From: a bacterium
GTDB lineage: Bacteria; UBA8248
DNA length: 64,000 nt
Assembly: GCA_965200245.1 (NCBI GenBank)
Contig: CBDATS010000004.1
Location: 480,001-544,000 of the forward strand
Direction of reading: 5' to 3'
Below the pieces are notes generated by a model, which did no database searches, had not been told where the DNA came from, and saw only the letters and a program-made list of their open reading frames with translations. The position numbers were made by a program, and so were the translations under genes. This document shows, in pieces, positions 51,907 through 62,088 of this stretch. Every line of letters starts with the position of its first letter. Within the stretch, counting starts at the first letter, position 1.

Positions 51907-52677
51907 TCACACAAACCGTCTCACACCCGCATACATTTCCTTCCTCCTCAAGTCGGTCTCATCATGCCCGGCGAAGATGAGGTCAGGAGCGTCGGCAAGG
52001 TCCTTCACGATCTCTAGCGCGCGCAGGGCGTCGTCCACGTGCACGTGGGTGCCCGGCGGTATCATGGACTCAAGGCTGCGATAGAGATAGGCCGCGTCCA
52101 CAGCCAGCACCGCCCAGCCCTTCTCAGACCGGAAGCGGATTATCTGGTGGCCCGGCGTGTGGCCGCCCACCCAGTGGACGTGCACGCCGTCGGCGATCTC
52201 CGCCTCTCCGTCCACGAGTTCGAGGCGGCCTTCCTCCTGCAGTCGTTCCGCCTCTTCGAAGTCTCCCAGAAAATGGTTGATGAAATGATATTCCGCCGCA
52301 TCGCTCCGCCAGAAATCGAGTTCGCGCCTCTGGAGATAGAAGCGCGCGGAGGTAAACAGCCTAGGTGACATAAAGTGATCCCAGTGCAGGTGGCTCACGA
52401 TCATCGTCTCGACTTCCGAGGGTTTCAGGCCGAAATGCCCGAGAAGTTCTCGCTGGGAGCGGTAGTCCGCGTAATCGGGGTTTCGCGCCTTTTGAGACTC
52501 TTCACTGAAGCCCGTGTCGATCACGATGGGCTTGCGATCGCCCTCAGGCTTCAGCACCCAGAAAAAATAGGGCAGCGTGCGCGTCCTTCCCGATTCGCTC
52601 AGATACAGGAGCCAGGAGGCATCGCACACGCGCGAACCCTGGCACAGGGCGTAGAGTTGATAGGTCGTCTTGTTCAA
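51907..52677 (-). CDS. N-acyl-homoserine-lactonase-family metallo-beta-lactamase fold hydrolase
   Basis: IDTG, SHLHWDH, GHTPGH, DA, GHD. Confidence 0.85.
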   Translation of the reverse strand: MNKTTYQLYALCQGSRVCDASWLLYLSESGRTRTLPYFFWVLKPEGDRKPIVIDTGFSEESQKARNPDYADYRSQRELLGHFGLKPSEVETMIVSHLHWDHFMSPRLFTSARFYLQRRELDFWRSDAAEYHFINHFLGDFEEAERLQEEGRLELVDGEAEIADGVHVHWVGGHTPGHQIIRFRSEKGWAVLAVDAAYLYRSLESMIPPGTHVHVDDALRALEIVKDLADAPDLIFAGHDETDLRRKEMYAGVRRFV

Positions 52678-52841
52678 GATTTCGTGCCTCCCTGTAGTTC
52701 CGCCGCTCGCGGCGGGCGCTCGAAATATGACGGTGCGGCTCTTCGTTGTCCGATGGATGAGATTATGCCATTATCCCCGAAGCGCAAAACACAGGTTTCG
52801 GTATTCGGTTCGCAGAAAACCACTCCCGAAGGGCGCTCGTT

Positions 52842-55187
52842 TTGGACAACACCTTCATCATCGTATTCTTTCCGTTCGCAGCCGCTCTCATCGTCCCATG
52901 GTTCGCAGAGCGTTTCAGGAAAAACGCCGCGTGGTTCGCCATGGCAGCGCCCATCATCAGCACCTGGGCACTCATCGACCTTTACGGCGAATGGACAGCG
53001 GGCGGCCAGAAGACTTTCACGCGCGCCATAGCCTGGGTACCCGCCGCGAACGTGGAAATCTCCTTCATGGTGGACGGACTGAGCCTCATGTGGGGATTTC
53101 TGGTGGCGGGCATGGGCGCGCTCATCATCCTTTATTCCCACTGGTATCTCCACGAGCACGAGGCGCTGGGACGCTACTACGGTTTTCTGATCGCCTTCAT
53201 GGGTTCGATGCTGGGCGTCGTATTATCGGATCACTTGATTTCCCTGTTCATCTTCTGGGAACTCACGAGCATCACCTCGTTTTTCCTCATCGGCTTCTGG
53301 TCGGACAGGGATGCGTCGAACTACGGCGCCACCAAGGCCATTCTCATCACGGGCAGCGGGGGACTCGCCATGCTGGGGGGATTCCTGCTTCTGGGCGATG
53401 TAGCTGGCGAGTGGCGGCTTTCGCATCTCGTGCTCATGCCGGACATAGCAAGCCAGATATCGCTCGGCATCTTTTTGCTCATCATCCTGGGCGCGGCCAC
53501 CAAGAGTGCGCAGTGGCCCTTCCACATCTGGCTGCCGAACGCGATGGAAGCGCCCACGCCCATCAGCGCGTTCCTGCACTCGGCCACCATGGTGAAGGCG
53601 GGCATCTATCTCCTGTCGCGTTTCTACCCGATTCTGGGCACACACCCCGCCTGGGGCTACGTGGTGACGGGCTTCGGCATGACGACCATGATAGCGGGGG
53701 GTCTACTCTCGCTGAGAGCCTATGACTTAAAGGCGATTCTCGCCTATGGCACCATCAGTCAACTCGGCCTCATCGTCACCTTCCTGGGCTACGGCGGCAA
53801 GGGCGCCATCATCGGTGCCACACTTCATCTGTATAACCACGCGGCGGCCAAGGCGGCGATGTTCATGACGGTGGGCATCATCGACCACGAGGCAGGCACG
53901 CGTGACGTGCGGCTACTCGGCAACCTAAGGAAACTGATGCCAAAGACACACGTGCTGGCCGTCATCGCAGCACTCAGCCTCATCGGCATACCGCCCATGG
54001 GCGGGTTTATCACCAAGGAGATGCTCTACGAAGTGAGCCTCCAACCGGGCGGCCCCGGAAACTGGGCGTGGTTCTGGCCGTATCTCACCGTCTTCGCGGG
54101 CGTGTTTACCGCACTTTATCACTTGAGATTCCTGAGCGAACCCTACTGGCAGGCAGCGGAAGGAGAATCCCCAAAACATCCTCACGACCCGCCGCTCGGA
54201 ATGCTGGCTGCACCTGCCATCCTCGTCCTCCTGGCTTTGGGGCTGGGACTCGCCCCGGGGCTGATCGAGAACACCATTGTAGCACCTGCGGCACAGGCTA
54301 CCCTGGGCGGCAAGGCGCACCTGGAACTTCATCTTGGCCTCTGGCACGGGGTGAACTTGCCCCTGCTCATGTCGATAGTCACGATGGCGCTGGGACTCGC
54401 GCTTTATTTCGGCTTTGCACACGTGAAGACTGTACTGGACGCCGTCGCCGGTTCCTGGGGGAAGGGCCCCGCTCCGGACAGGATATACAACGCCTCTGTC
54501 GACTGGCTGCGAAACGGCACTTGGGGGATTCTCCTCTTGATCCAGGACGGGAACCTGAGACACTACATGCGCTGGATGATGGTGCTGCCCACTGCGGCCG
54601 CCCTCTACCTCGCCTGGCGGATGGACTGGGGAACGGACGTCTTCCCAAAAAGCTTTGCGGGATCTTCGTTCCTGCTCGTCGTGATCGCGGTTATGATCGC
54701 GGCTTCCGCGCTCGCCACAGCGCTTTTCAAGACAAGGGTCGCCGCGATTCTCGCACTCGGCACGATGGGCTACGCCATCTCGGGGCTATACTTGCTCTTG
54801 AAAGCGCCCGACCTGGCGATCACCCAGATCATGGTCGAATCGGCCTCGGTCGTATTGTTCCTGCTGGTGTTCTACTACCTGCCGGAACTCAAGCCCGTGC
54901 CCGCATCGGCAGCGAAGAAGATGCGCGACTGGGGGATCGCCATTGCTCTCGGCGTCTGCACGACGCTCGTCATGGCCGCCGCCATGAACACGCACAAGTT
55001 CCGCACCATCGCGGACTACTTCATGCGCACGAGCAAGCCACTGGCCGGGTTCAAGAACGTGGTCAACGCCATCATCGTTGATTACCGGGGATACGACACG
55101 CTCGGCGAGATCACCGTGCTCGTCATCGCGGGTATCGCCGTCTACGCCCTCTTGCGGCTGGTGGGAGAGATGAAATGCGATCACTGA
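52842..55187 (+). CDS. mrpA: Mrp Na+/H+ antiporter subunit A
   Basis: [50 protein letters not shown]. Confidence 0.95.
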   Translation: MDNTFIIVFFPFAAALIVPWFAERFRKNAAWFAMAAPIISTWALIDLYGEWTAGGQKTFTRAIAWVPAANVEISFMVDGLSLMWGFLVAGMGALIILYSHWYLHEHEALGRYYGFLIAFMGSMLGVVLSDHLISLFIFWELTSITSFFLIGFWSDRDASNYGATKAILITGSGGLAMLGGFLLLGDVAGEWRLSHLVLMPDIASQISLGIFLLIILGAATKSAQWPFHIWLPNAMEAPTPISAFLHSATMVKAGIYLLSRFYPILGTHPAWGYVVTGFGMTTMIAGGLLSLRAYDLKAILAYGTISQLGLIVTFLGYGGKGAIIGATLHLYNHAAAKAAMFMTVGIIDHEAGTRDVRLLGNLRKLMPKTHVLAVIAALSLIGIPPMGGFITKEMLYEVSLQPGGPGNWAWFWPYLTVFAGVFTALYHLRFLSEPYWQAAEGESPKHPHDPPLGMLAAPAILVLLALGLGLAPGLIENTIVAPAAQATLGGKAHLELHLGLWHGVNLPLLMSIVTMALGLALYFGFAHVKTVLDAVAGSWGKGPAPDRIYNASVDWLRNGTWGILLLIQDGNLRHYMRWMMVLPTAAALYLAWRMDWGTDVFPKSFAGSSFLLVVIAVMIAASALATALFKTRVAAILALGTMGYAISGLYLLLKAPDLAITQIMVESASVVLFLLVFYYLPELKPVPASAAKKMRDWGIAIALGVCTTLVMAAAMNTHKFRTIADYFMRTSKPLAGFKNVVNAIIVDYRGYDTLGEITVLVIAGIAVYALLRLVGEMKCDH

Positions 55188-55600
55188 TCCTGCGGACGAT
55201 AGCACCGATCGTCCTGCACCTGACGCTGCTCTTCTCCATGTTTCTGCTCATATATGGCCACAACCAGCCGGGAGGCGGCTTCATCGCGGGCCTGATGACG
55301 TCGGTGGGCATCGTGCTGCAGTGGGTAGCGGTGGACGCGGAAGAAGGCCGCAAGCGTTTCAACTGGCCTTATGAGGGAATTTTCCTCGCGGGATTGACGC
55401 TCTCCACTCTCACGGGGGTGTGGGGCTACATCAGGGGAGCGTATCTCAAAAGCTCGATATACCGCTTCGCTCTGCCCTTCATCGGCGACGTGGAACTGTT
55501 CACTGCCTTCCTGTTCGACGTCGGGGTGTACGGCGTGGTGGTCGGGGTGGTGATGTACATCTTCAGCACCCTCTGCGAGAAGGAGACACAGGAATCCTGA
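55175..55600 (+). CDS. mrpB: Mrp antiporter subunit B
   Basis: [19 protein letters not shown]. Confidence 0.93.
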   Translation: MRSLILRTIAPIVLHLTLLFSMFLLIYGHNQPGGGFIAGLMTSVGIVLQWVAVDAEEGRKRFNWPYEGIFLAGLTLSTLTGVWGYIRGAYLKSSIYRFALPFIGDVELFTAFLFDVGVYGVVVGVVMYIFSTLCEKETQES

Positions 55601-55858
55601 GATTGAGCAGTCTCGCGGGAGCGGACGGCGGCATGGTTCGATGCCTGCTCCCCGGATGAAAAGGTAATCACATACACGGAGAGCCGGCGGGATTACAGAT
55701 TCTGGATTCGAAAAGGGAGTGATGTTATCACTCCCCGCTTGAAAGGGAATGAGGAAACGCAGGTATGGGGAATGATTCTGGAGATGGAATCATGGATTCA
55801 ACAGGAAGCGGTCAATCCGAACATATGATTCCCAACGGAAAGACACGCAGGAGATAAA

Positions 55859-56209
55859 ATGCTCTGGATACTGGCGATGATCATCGGCGTGCTGGTGACG
55901 GTGGCGTCCTACCTCATCATGCAGCGCAGGATCATCCAGGTAGTGCTCGGAATGGCGGTGTTGAGCCACGCCGCGAACCTGATGATCGTCGCATCGGGCT
56001 GGGTGGGGGACGGAAAAGCGCCCATCGTACCCAAGAAGGGCGGCCCGCTCGATCCGTTCGCCTACGTCGACCCCCTGCCCCAGGCCATGGTGCTGACGGC
56101 AATCGTTATCAGTCTTGCCATTATGGCGTTTCTGCTCGTGCTCGCGTTCTTCACCTACAAGAAATTCGGCACCGACGACATCGACGAGATCAGGAGGCTC
56201 AAGGGATGA
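55859..56209 (+). CDS. mrpC: Mrp antiporter subunit C
   Basis: DPLPQAMVLTAIVI. Confidence 0.93.
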   Translation: MLWILAMIIGVLVTVASYLIMQRRIIQVVLGMAVLSHAANLMIVASGWVGDGKAPIVPKKGGPLDPFAYVDPLPQAMVLTAIVISLAIMAFLLVLAFFTYKKFGTDDIDEIRRLKG

Positions 56210-57681
56210 ACTCCCTCTTTCCGCTCTTCGTCGTCTGGCCGCTGGCCACGGGCACGTTCCTGTTCCTCGTGCGCAAGAACCAACCAATCCAGGAATCGGT
56301 GAGCATACTGGCACTTCTGGTAAACCTCATCCTCGCGGGCGCCCTCCTGAGCGCAACGTCGGACGGGACGATTTTCGTGCACCGGATGGGCCTGTGGCCT
56401 TTCCCGTACGCCATCGTCCTGGCGGCAGACAGGCTTGCCGCGACACTTTTGTGTCTCTCATCCTCCATCGTGGGAGCGTGTGCCGTTTTCGCGAGGAGCT
56501 ATCTATCTGATGCGCAGCGAAAAGAGGCCTTTCACCCGCTTTTGCATTTTCTCCTGATGGGGATGCAGGGGTGTTTTATCACGGGCGATCTGTTCAACCT
56601 GTTCGTCTTCTTCGAGGTCATGCTCATGGCCACGTACGCACTGTTGGGATTCTACTACAACCTCGACCAGCTCGAGATGGCCTTCAAGTACACCTGCATG
56701 AACCTGATCGCCTCGGCACTGTTCCTGCTGGGCGTTTCTCTCCTGTACGCGCAGGTAGGCACGGTGAACATGGCCGATCTGGCCTTGAAGATAAAGCTCC
56801 TGGGACCCACACCGTTAATCGTGGTGACCGCCCTCCTCTTCGTGTTCGTTTTCAGTGTCAAGGCGGCAATATTTCCGATGCACCTGTGGCTACCTTCTGC
56901 GCACTCGATTTCACCCACGCCCATCAGCGCGATCCTCGCCGGTGTGCTGGTCAAGGTGGGTATCTACGCCATCATTCGCTGTGCGACGCTCATCTTCCCG
57001 GCGGCGTTCCTGATACTCCAGCCGGGTCTGCTCGCCCTGTGCCTTCTGACCATCGCCATGGGCGCACTGGGCACCCTTCCGCAGACGAGTCTCAAGCGCA
57101 TCCTCGCCTACAGCACCATCAACCAGTTGGGTTACATCGCCTTCGGCATCGCACTGCTATCACAAGCCGGACTCGCCGCGGCGGTATTCTACATCGTCGG
57201 CCACGCGTATCTCAAAAGCGCGATGCTCCTGGGTGCCGGGCTGAACCAGAAGCTCACCGGCACGGTGGACCTGGAAGAGATGGGCGGCATGATGGGCAAA
57301 GCGCCCTTCGCGAGCCTGCTGATGCTCGTCGGGTTCCTGTCACTCGCGGGTTTTCCGCCCTTTACGGGTTTTTTCGCCAAGCTCTTCGTGCTTCAGGCGG
57401 GATTCTCCCAAGGCGCGCTGCTCGCCACGGGAATCGCCCTGGGATTCGGTGTGATATCGCTTTATTATAATTTCACGGCTTACCAGCGTTACGCTTGGGG
57501 AACGGGTGGCGGCGAGGTCGGTTCGGCGGGAGCGGGCATCTACGGCTCGGTCGCTTTCCTCTCGGCCTTCGCGGTCATCTTCGGGCTGGGTGCGTTCTGG
57601 CTCTTCGAGTGGGCGCAGCTCGTGGCCGCCCAGATCACGAATCCGGAACTCTACATCGCCGCCATGCGGGACCTGGGATAG
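56206..57681 (+). CDS. mrpD: Mrp antiporter subunit D
   Basis: TGDLFNLFVFFEVML, HLWLP, KVGIYA. Confidence 0.94.
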   Translation: MNSLFPLFVVWPLATGTFLFLVRKNQPIQESVSILALLVNLILAGALLSATSDGTIFVHRMGLWPFPYAIVLAADRLAATLLCLSSSIVGACAVFARSYLSDAQRKEAFHPLLHFLLMGMQGCFITGDLFNLFVFFEVMLMATYALLGFYYNLDQLEMAFKYTCMNLIASALFLLGVSLLYAQVGTVNMADLALKIKLLGPTPLIVVTALLFVFVFSVKAAIFPMHLWLPSAHSISPTPISAILAGVLVKVGIYAIIRCATLIFPAAFLILQPGLLALCLLTIAMGALGTLPQTSLKRILAYSTINQLGYIAFGIALLSQAGLAAAVFYIVGHAYLKSAMLLGAGLNQKLTGTVDLEEMGGMMGKAPFASLLMLVGFLSLAGFPPFTGFFAKLFVLQAGFSQGALLATGIALGFGVISLYYNFTAYQRYAWGTGGGEVGSAGAGIYGSVAFLSAFAVIFGLGAFWLFEWAQLVAAQITNPELYIAAMRDLG

Positions 57682-57693
57682 GAGAGACACCCG

Positions 57694-58167
57694 ATGTCGC
57701 TCGCCACGCTTGCTTTCAGCATCGCCGCCATCTGGATATTCCTCAACGGGAGCGCCACGCCGGGAGATTTCTTCGTCGGGCTGGTCCTGGCAGTCTTCAT
57801 CATCCGCTTCCTGAAGAAATCCTACTACCAGGACAGGGCGTTCTTCCGTATCGGCAGCTACCTCAGATACTTGCGAAGTTTCATCCGGGAACTTTTCATC
57901 GCCAACGTCCAGGTGCTGAAAATCGTGCTCTCCCCCAGGCTATCGATACGCCCGGGCATCATCTCCTACAGGACGATCTGCAAGACACCCCTGGGAGTGA
58001 CAATGCTGGCCAACTCCATCACGCTCACGCCCGGCACGCTTAGCATCGACGTGTCCGACGACGATGAGACGATTTTCGTCCACTCGCTCGACATCGACCA
58101 TCCCGACGAGGTGGCCATGAGCATCCGCAAGGGACTGGAACAACCCATCGTGGGAGCCGTGGAATGA
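57694..58167 (+). CDS. mrpE: Mrp antiporter subunit E
   Basis: ANSITLTPGT. Confidence 0.93.
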   Translation: MSLATLAFSIAAIWIFLNGSATPGDFFVGLVLAVFIIRFLKKSYYQDRAFFRIGSYLRYLRSFIRELFIANVQVLKIVLSPRLSIRPGIISYRTICKTPLGVTMLANSITLTPGTLSIDVSDDDETIFVHSLDIDHPDEVAMSIRKGLEQPIVGAVE

Positions 58168-58433
58168 TAGAGACTATCGTTCAGATAAGCCTGGTAATGC
58201 TGGGCGCGTCGGTGATACTGGCGTTCATCCGCCTCGTCAAGGGACCCACGACTTCGGACCGCGTGGTAGCGGCAGACACCATCGCCACCAACGTGCTGGG
58301 CGTCATCGCGCTCTTTGCCATCCAGACGTACAACAAGCTGTTCATCATCGCCGTGCTCGCCTTGGCCATCCTGAGCTTCGTGGGCACGACGGTGTACGCG
58401 AAGTTTCTCGAAAGGGGGAAGATCATTGAGTGA
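58164..58433 (+). CDS. mrpF: Mrp antiporter subunit F
   Basis: KGPTTSDRVVAAD. Confidence 0.92.
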   Translation: MIETIVQISLVMLGASVILAFIRLVKGPTTSDRVVAADTIATNVLGVIALFAIQTYNKLFIIAVLALAILSFVGTTVYAKFLERGKIIE

Positions 58434-58797
58434 AGCCCTGGCCGCCTTCCTGCTGCTGGGAGGATCGTTCTTCATGCTGGTCGCCAGTATCGGTCTCCTG
58501 CGACTGCCCGATGTCTATTGCCGCATGCACGCCGCCACCAAGTCGACGACCTTCGGCATGGGCGGCATTCTCCTGGGCGCGAGTCTCATCTTCCAGGACG
58601 CCACGGTTACCACGCAGGCACTTCTGGCCGTTTTCTTTCTCTTCCTGACAGCCCCCGTTGCCGCGCACCTGATTTCGAGGGCAGCCTACAAGCGCGGCCC
58701 AGACCTCTGTGCCGAGACCACGCACGATGAATATGGAAAGTACCTGGAGGGGCAAAAAACAGAAGAAAAAACCTCGGACAGGTATGGGGACGCATAG
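58426..58797 (+). CDS. mrpG: Mrp antiporter subunit G
   Basis: RLPDVYCRMHAATK, TAPVAAH. Confidence 0.93.
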   Translation: MSEALAAFLLLGGSFFMLVASIGLLRLPDVYCRMHAATKSTTFGMGGILLGASLIFQDATVTTQALLAVFFLFLTAPVAAHLISRAAYKRGPDLCAETTHDEYGKYLEGQKTEEKTSDRYGDA

Positions 58798-58870
58798 CGA
58801 AACATCGCAAACTCGAGGCAGCTACGTTGTTTATTTCACTTCTATCCATTCATAGGGAGGAACGAGGCTC

Positions 58871-59470
58871 ATGAACCGGTTTGCGAAATATGCCATGATG
58901 CTCATCGCGGTGGCATGGCTGGCAACTCCCGCCCTCTCGAACGCCTCCGAGTGGCGAATCGATCCCTCCCACACGACGGTATCCTTCAAGGTACGTCACT
59001 TGGGAGTCACCTGGGTGCAAGGGGAATTCCGGAAGGTATCGGGAAAGGTCCGCTATGACAGGAAGAACCCCGTAGCCGCGATGGCTGATATCGTCATCGA
59101 AGCCGCCTCGATCGATACAGGGAACACGCGGCGCGACAACCATCTTCGGAGCGATGATTTCCTCCTCTCCGAGAAACATCCCTCTATCACGTTCAGGTCC
59201 AGGGCTGTGAAAAATGCAAAAGCGGACAGCCTCGATCTGATTGGAGACCTGACCATCCGCGGCATCACGAAAGAAGTGGTGTTGAAGGTGGCAGATATCA
59301 GCGGAGAGGTCAAAATGCGGCACGGGACCGTCAAGATCGGCGCGAGCGCCACCACCCGTATCAACCGACAGGACTTCGGGGTGAAGTTCAACAGCCTGCT
59401 CGATACGGGCGGGCTCGTCGTGGGAAATGAGGTACGTATCACCATCGACGTAGAACTGAACAAGCAATAG
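58871..59470 (+). CDS. YceI-family polyisoprenoid-binding periplasmic protein
   Basis: signal peptide, IDPSH...FKVRH, SIDTG...RDNHLRS, GDLTIRG. Confidence 0.92.
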   Translation: MNRFAKYAMMLIAVAWLATPALSNASEWRIDPSHTTVSFKVRHLGVTWVQGEFRKVSGKVRYDRKNPVAAMADIVIEAASIDTGNTRRDNHLRSDDFLLSEKHPSITFRSRAVKNAKADSLDLIGDLTIRGITKEVVLKVADISGEVKMRHGTVKIGASATTRINRQDFGVKFNSLLDTGGLVVGNEVRITIDVELNKQ

Positions 59471-59669
59471 CGCCGAGGCAAGCTGTTTCATTTGATCTCG
59501 CAGCCGGATTGGGCTACATGAATTCCGGGTGGATCGGTGGAGGTTTCACCCCCGAACGAAATCCGACATTCAAAACGACATTCTGGAGCCCGGAGCGAAC
59601 ACCCGAGTTGATACGTTTTTTCATTCAAAGGGGTGTTCGACTTCCAAACGACGAGACGAGGGAGATTCC

Positions 59670-60145
59670 ATGCGCCACATTCTCGGGCCTTGCACGGGCA
59701 ACTCGGCGCGTTCAATACTCGCGGAAGCCGTCCTGAACCGTGACGGCACGGGAAGGGTGCAGGCCTATTCTGCGGGATCGAAACCGACAGGCCGGATCAA
59801 TCCGGGCGCGGTTCGCCTGATGGCGCGCATCGGCTTGACAACGGACAGCTATCGCTCGAAGAGTTGGGACGAGTTCGCCGCCCCGGCGCGCCGCAAATAG
59901 AACTGATCGTCACCGTCTGCGACTCGGCGGCTGGTGAGACATGTCCCGTCTGGCCTGGCGCACCGATCACGGTGCACTGGGGGGTGGACAATCCCGCCGC
60001 CGCACCGGAAGACAAAATCGACGAGGCGTTTCGGTTCGCCTGCCACCGTCCGAGCGCCCGGGTAAACGCCTTTCTGGCCCTGCCTTTCGAAGACATGGAC
60101 TGCGCAACACTCAAGACTCGCCTTGATGCCATCAGCCATATATGA
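59670..60145 (+). pseudogene. arsC: arsenate reductase ArsC (LMW-PTP type), frameshifted near 59883
   Basis: CTGNSARS...SAGS...SKSWDEF in one frame; TVCD..AGETCPVWPG...HWG in the next. Confidence 0.85.
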
Positions 60146-60157
60146 GGATTTGAGCCG

Positions 60158-60810
60158 ATGAGCCGCAAACTCCTTGCCGAAGCCGTTGGAACCGCGTTTC
60201 TGCTCGTGACCATCGCGGGATCGGGCATCATGGGCGAAACTTCGGCGAATGGACAGGTGGGCGTTGCCCTGCTGCCGCATTCGCTGGCGATAGGCGCAAT
60301 TCTGTTATCATGATCACCCTGCTCGGACCGGTTTCGGGTGCACACTTCAACCCGGCGGTCACCATGGTCTTCGCCCTGAAAGGAGACATGGGGCGCCTCG
60401 AGGCCGTCCCCTACGTCGTCGTGCAAATCATCGCAGGCATTATCGGCGTGCTCGCCGCACACCTCATGTTCGATCTCGATTTCGCCCAGATATCCCAGAA
60501 ACAGCGAGCGAGCGTGGGCCAGTGGTCGGCGGAGATCATCGCGACGGCGGGGCTCATCTTCGTCATCCTGGGCGGGCTGCGCACAAACCCCGCCTTCATC
60601 CCCGCGATGGTAGGGCTCTACATCACATCGGCCCTGTGGTTCAAGGCCTCGACCAGCTTTGCCAACCCGGCGGTCACGATCGCGCGCGCCCTCACCAACA
60701 CGTTCTCGGGCATCCAGCCCGTCGATGCGCCGGCCTTCATCGTCTCCCAGTTCGTGGGCGCGCTCGGGGGGTGGGGTCTGGCAAACGCGGTCTGGCCCGA
60801 GAAGCGCTGA
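60158..60810 (+). pseudogene. MIP/aquaglyceroporin (AqpS-like), frameshifted near 60308
   Basis: AEAVGT...GSGIM in one frame, then SGAHFNPA and FANPA; adjacent to arsC. Confidence 0.82.
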
Positions 60811-60922
60811 GCCCTGTTTCCAGAAACATTCCTGATAAAGCGGACGGGCTTGCCATAACCGCGTCGATGGTGGATTCTCCCCCGAAATTCGAAACGGTGT
60901 AATGCAGTCTGGAGTCGGAAGA

Positions 60923-61795
60923 ATGTCGGAACCGAAAAGCGTTTTCATCGAAAGAGACGGCGTGCGGCTTCACGCCCTGGATCACGGGAGCGAGGGGGAA
61001 AATAACCCCGTCATGCTGATGCTGCACGGCGCCGCGGCACACGCGCGCTGGTGGGATCATGTCGCCCCCCGTTACAGGGACATGCTAAGACCCGTCGCGA
61101 CGGATCACCGTGGCCACGGAGACACCGGATGGCGGGACGAATACCCCTTTGAGGAGCTTTTGCACGACGTGGCGGCCTGGGTGGAATGGGCCAGGACAGA
61201 GAGTGGAAAAAAGCCCTGGCTTCTGGCCCACTCGATGGGCGGAGTCATCGCGCTGAACCTTTTCACCCTTGAGCCACCCGACATCGCAGGTCTCATCGTC
61301 GTGGACTCTCCGCTCAGGACAACGGACGCGATTCTCGCCGAGGTACGAGCATTCGGAAACCGCCCCGCCAGACCCTGGGCGTCGCGAGATCTTTTCGTTG
61401 AGAAATTCAGGCTTCTGCCCGCATCGGACAAGGTGAATCCCGAAATCGTCGCCCACATCGCCCGCCACGCCATCCGGCCGAACGACGACGGTACCTGGAC
61501 GGTCAAGGCGGACAGGCGCTTTCACGCCACCCGTCCCGAGACGGATCAGCGCGCGGGCTGGCTGCGTGTCGAGACTCCCGCCTTGCTCGTGGCAGGAGAA
61601 CTCTCCGACCGCCTGAAATCGGACTCTCTCGAATGGGTGCGCGAGAAGGCGCCGCATGTAGAGACCACCGTGATCCCGGGCGCACACCACCACGTCTTTA
61701 TGGACGAACCGGAAGCGTTCATTCGCATCACGCGCGATTTTCTGGAGAGGAAGATTTTCCAAACGGGCCAGCGGAACGTACCCCAAACTGTCTGA
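60923..61795 (+). CDS. alpha/beta-fold hydrolase
   Basis: LHG, DHRGHG, AHSMGG nucleophile elbow, C-terminal HH. Confidence 0.88.
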   Translation: MSEPKSVFIERDGVRLHALDHGSEGENNPVMLMLHGAAAHARWWDHVAPRYRDMLRPVATDHRGHGDTGWRDEYPFEELLHDVAAWVEWARTESGKKPWLLAHSMGGVIALNLFTLEPPDIAGLIVVDSPLRTTDAILAEVRAFGNRPARPWASRDLFVEKFRLLPASDKVNPEIVAHIARHAIRPNDDGTWTVKADRRFHATRPETDQRAGWLRVETPALLVAGELSDRLKSDSLEWVREKAPHVETTVIPGAHHHVFMDEPEAFIRITRDFLERKIFQTGQRNVPQTV

Positions 61796-61968
61796 ATCCC
61801 ATGCGCCCCCTGTTTCCAGCCGTATCTTCACGTGACTACCACGGAACGACAGAGCAAAATCCTGATCCGGTGAATCAAATTTGATTCGCTGAGAAATATC
61901 TCCCAAGGGGTAGTCGACGGTGGGAGCGCGATTCAGTTGTTGTACATGGCGCCGGAACAGACTCATGG

Positions 61969-62002
61969 CACCGTCATTCCGGTAAAAACCGGAATGACGG
62001 TG
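61969..62002. repeat. perfect 15-bp palindrome (REP-like element or bidirectional terminator)
   Basis: CACCGTCATTCCGGT-AAAA-ACCGGAATGACGGTG between convergent genes. Confidence 0.7.
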
Positions 62003-62088
62003 AACATTCTCGGTTGGAAGGGATCAATACCCCTTTTGGGAAGCTTGTTCTGCAACCCGTATGCGCCCTTATAAAACCGCGCGTCTCC

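Noticed and set aside
55601-55830. stop-free frame continuing after the mrpB TGA-GAT-TGA (possible read-through)
   Set aside because: MrpB is complete at normal length, the stop is doubled, and the extension resembles nothing.
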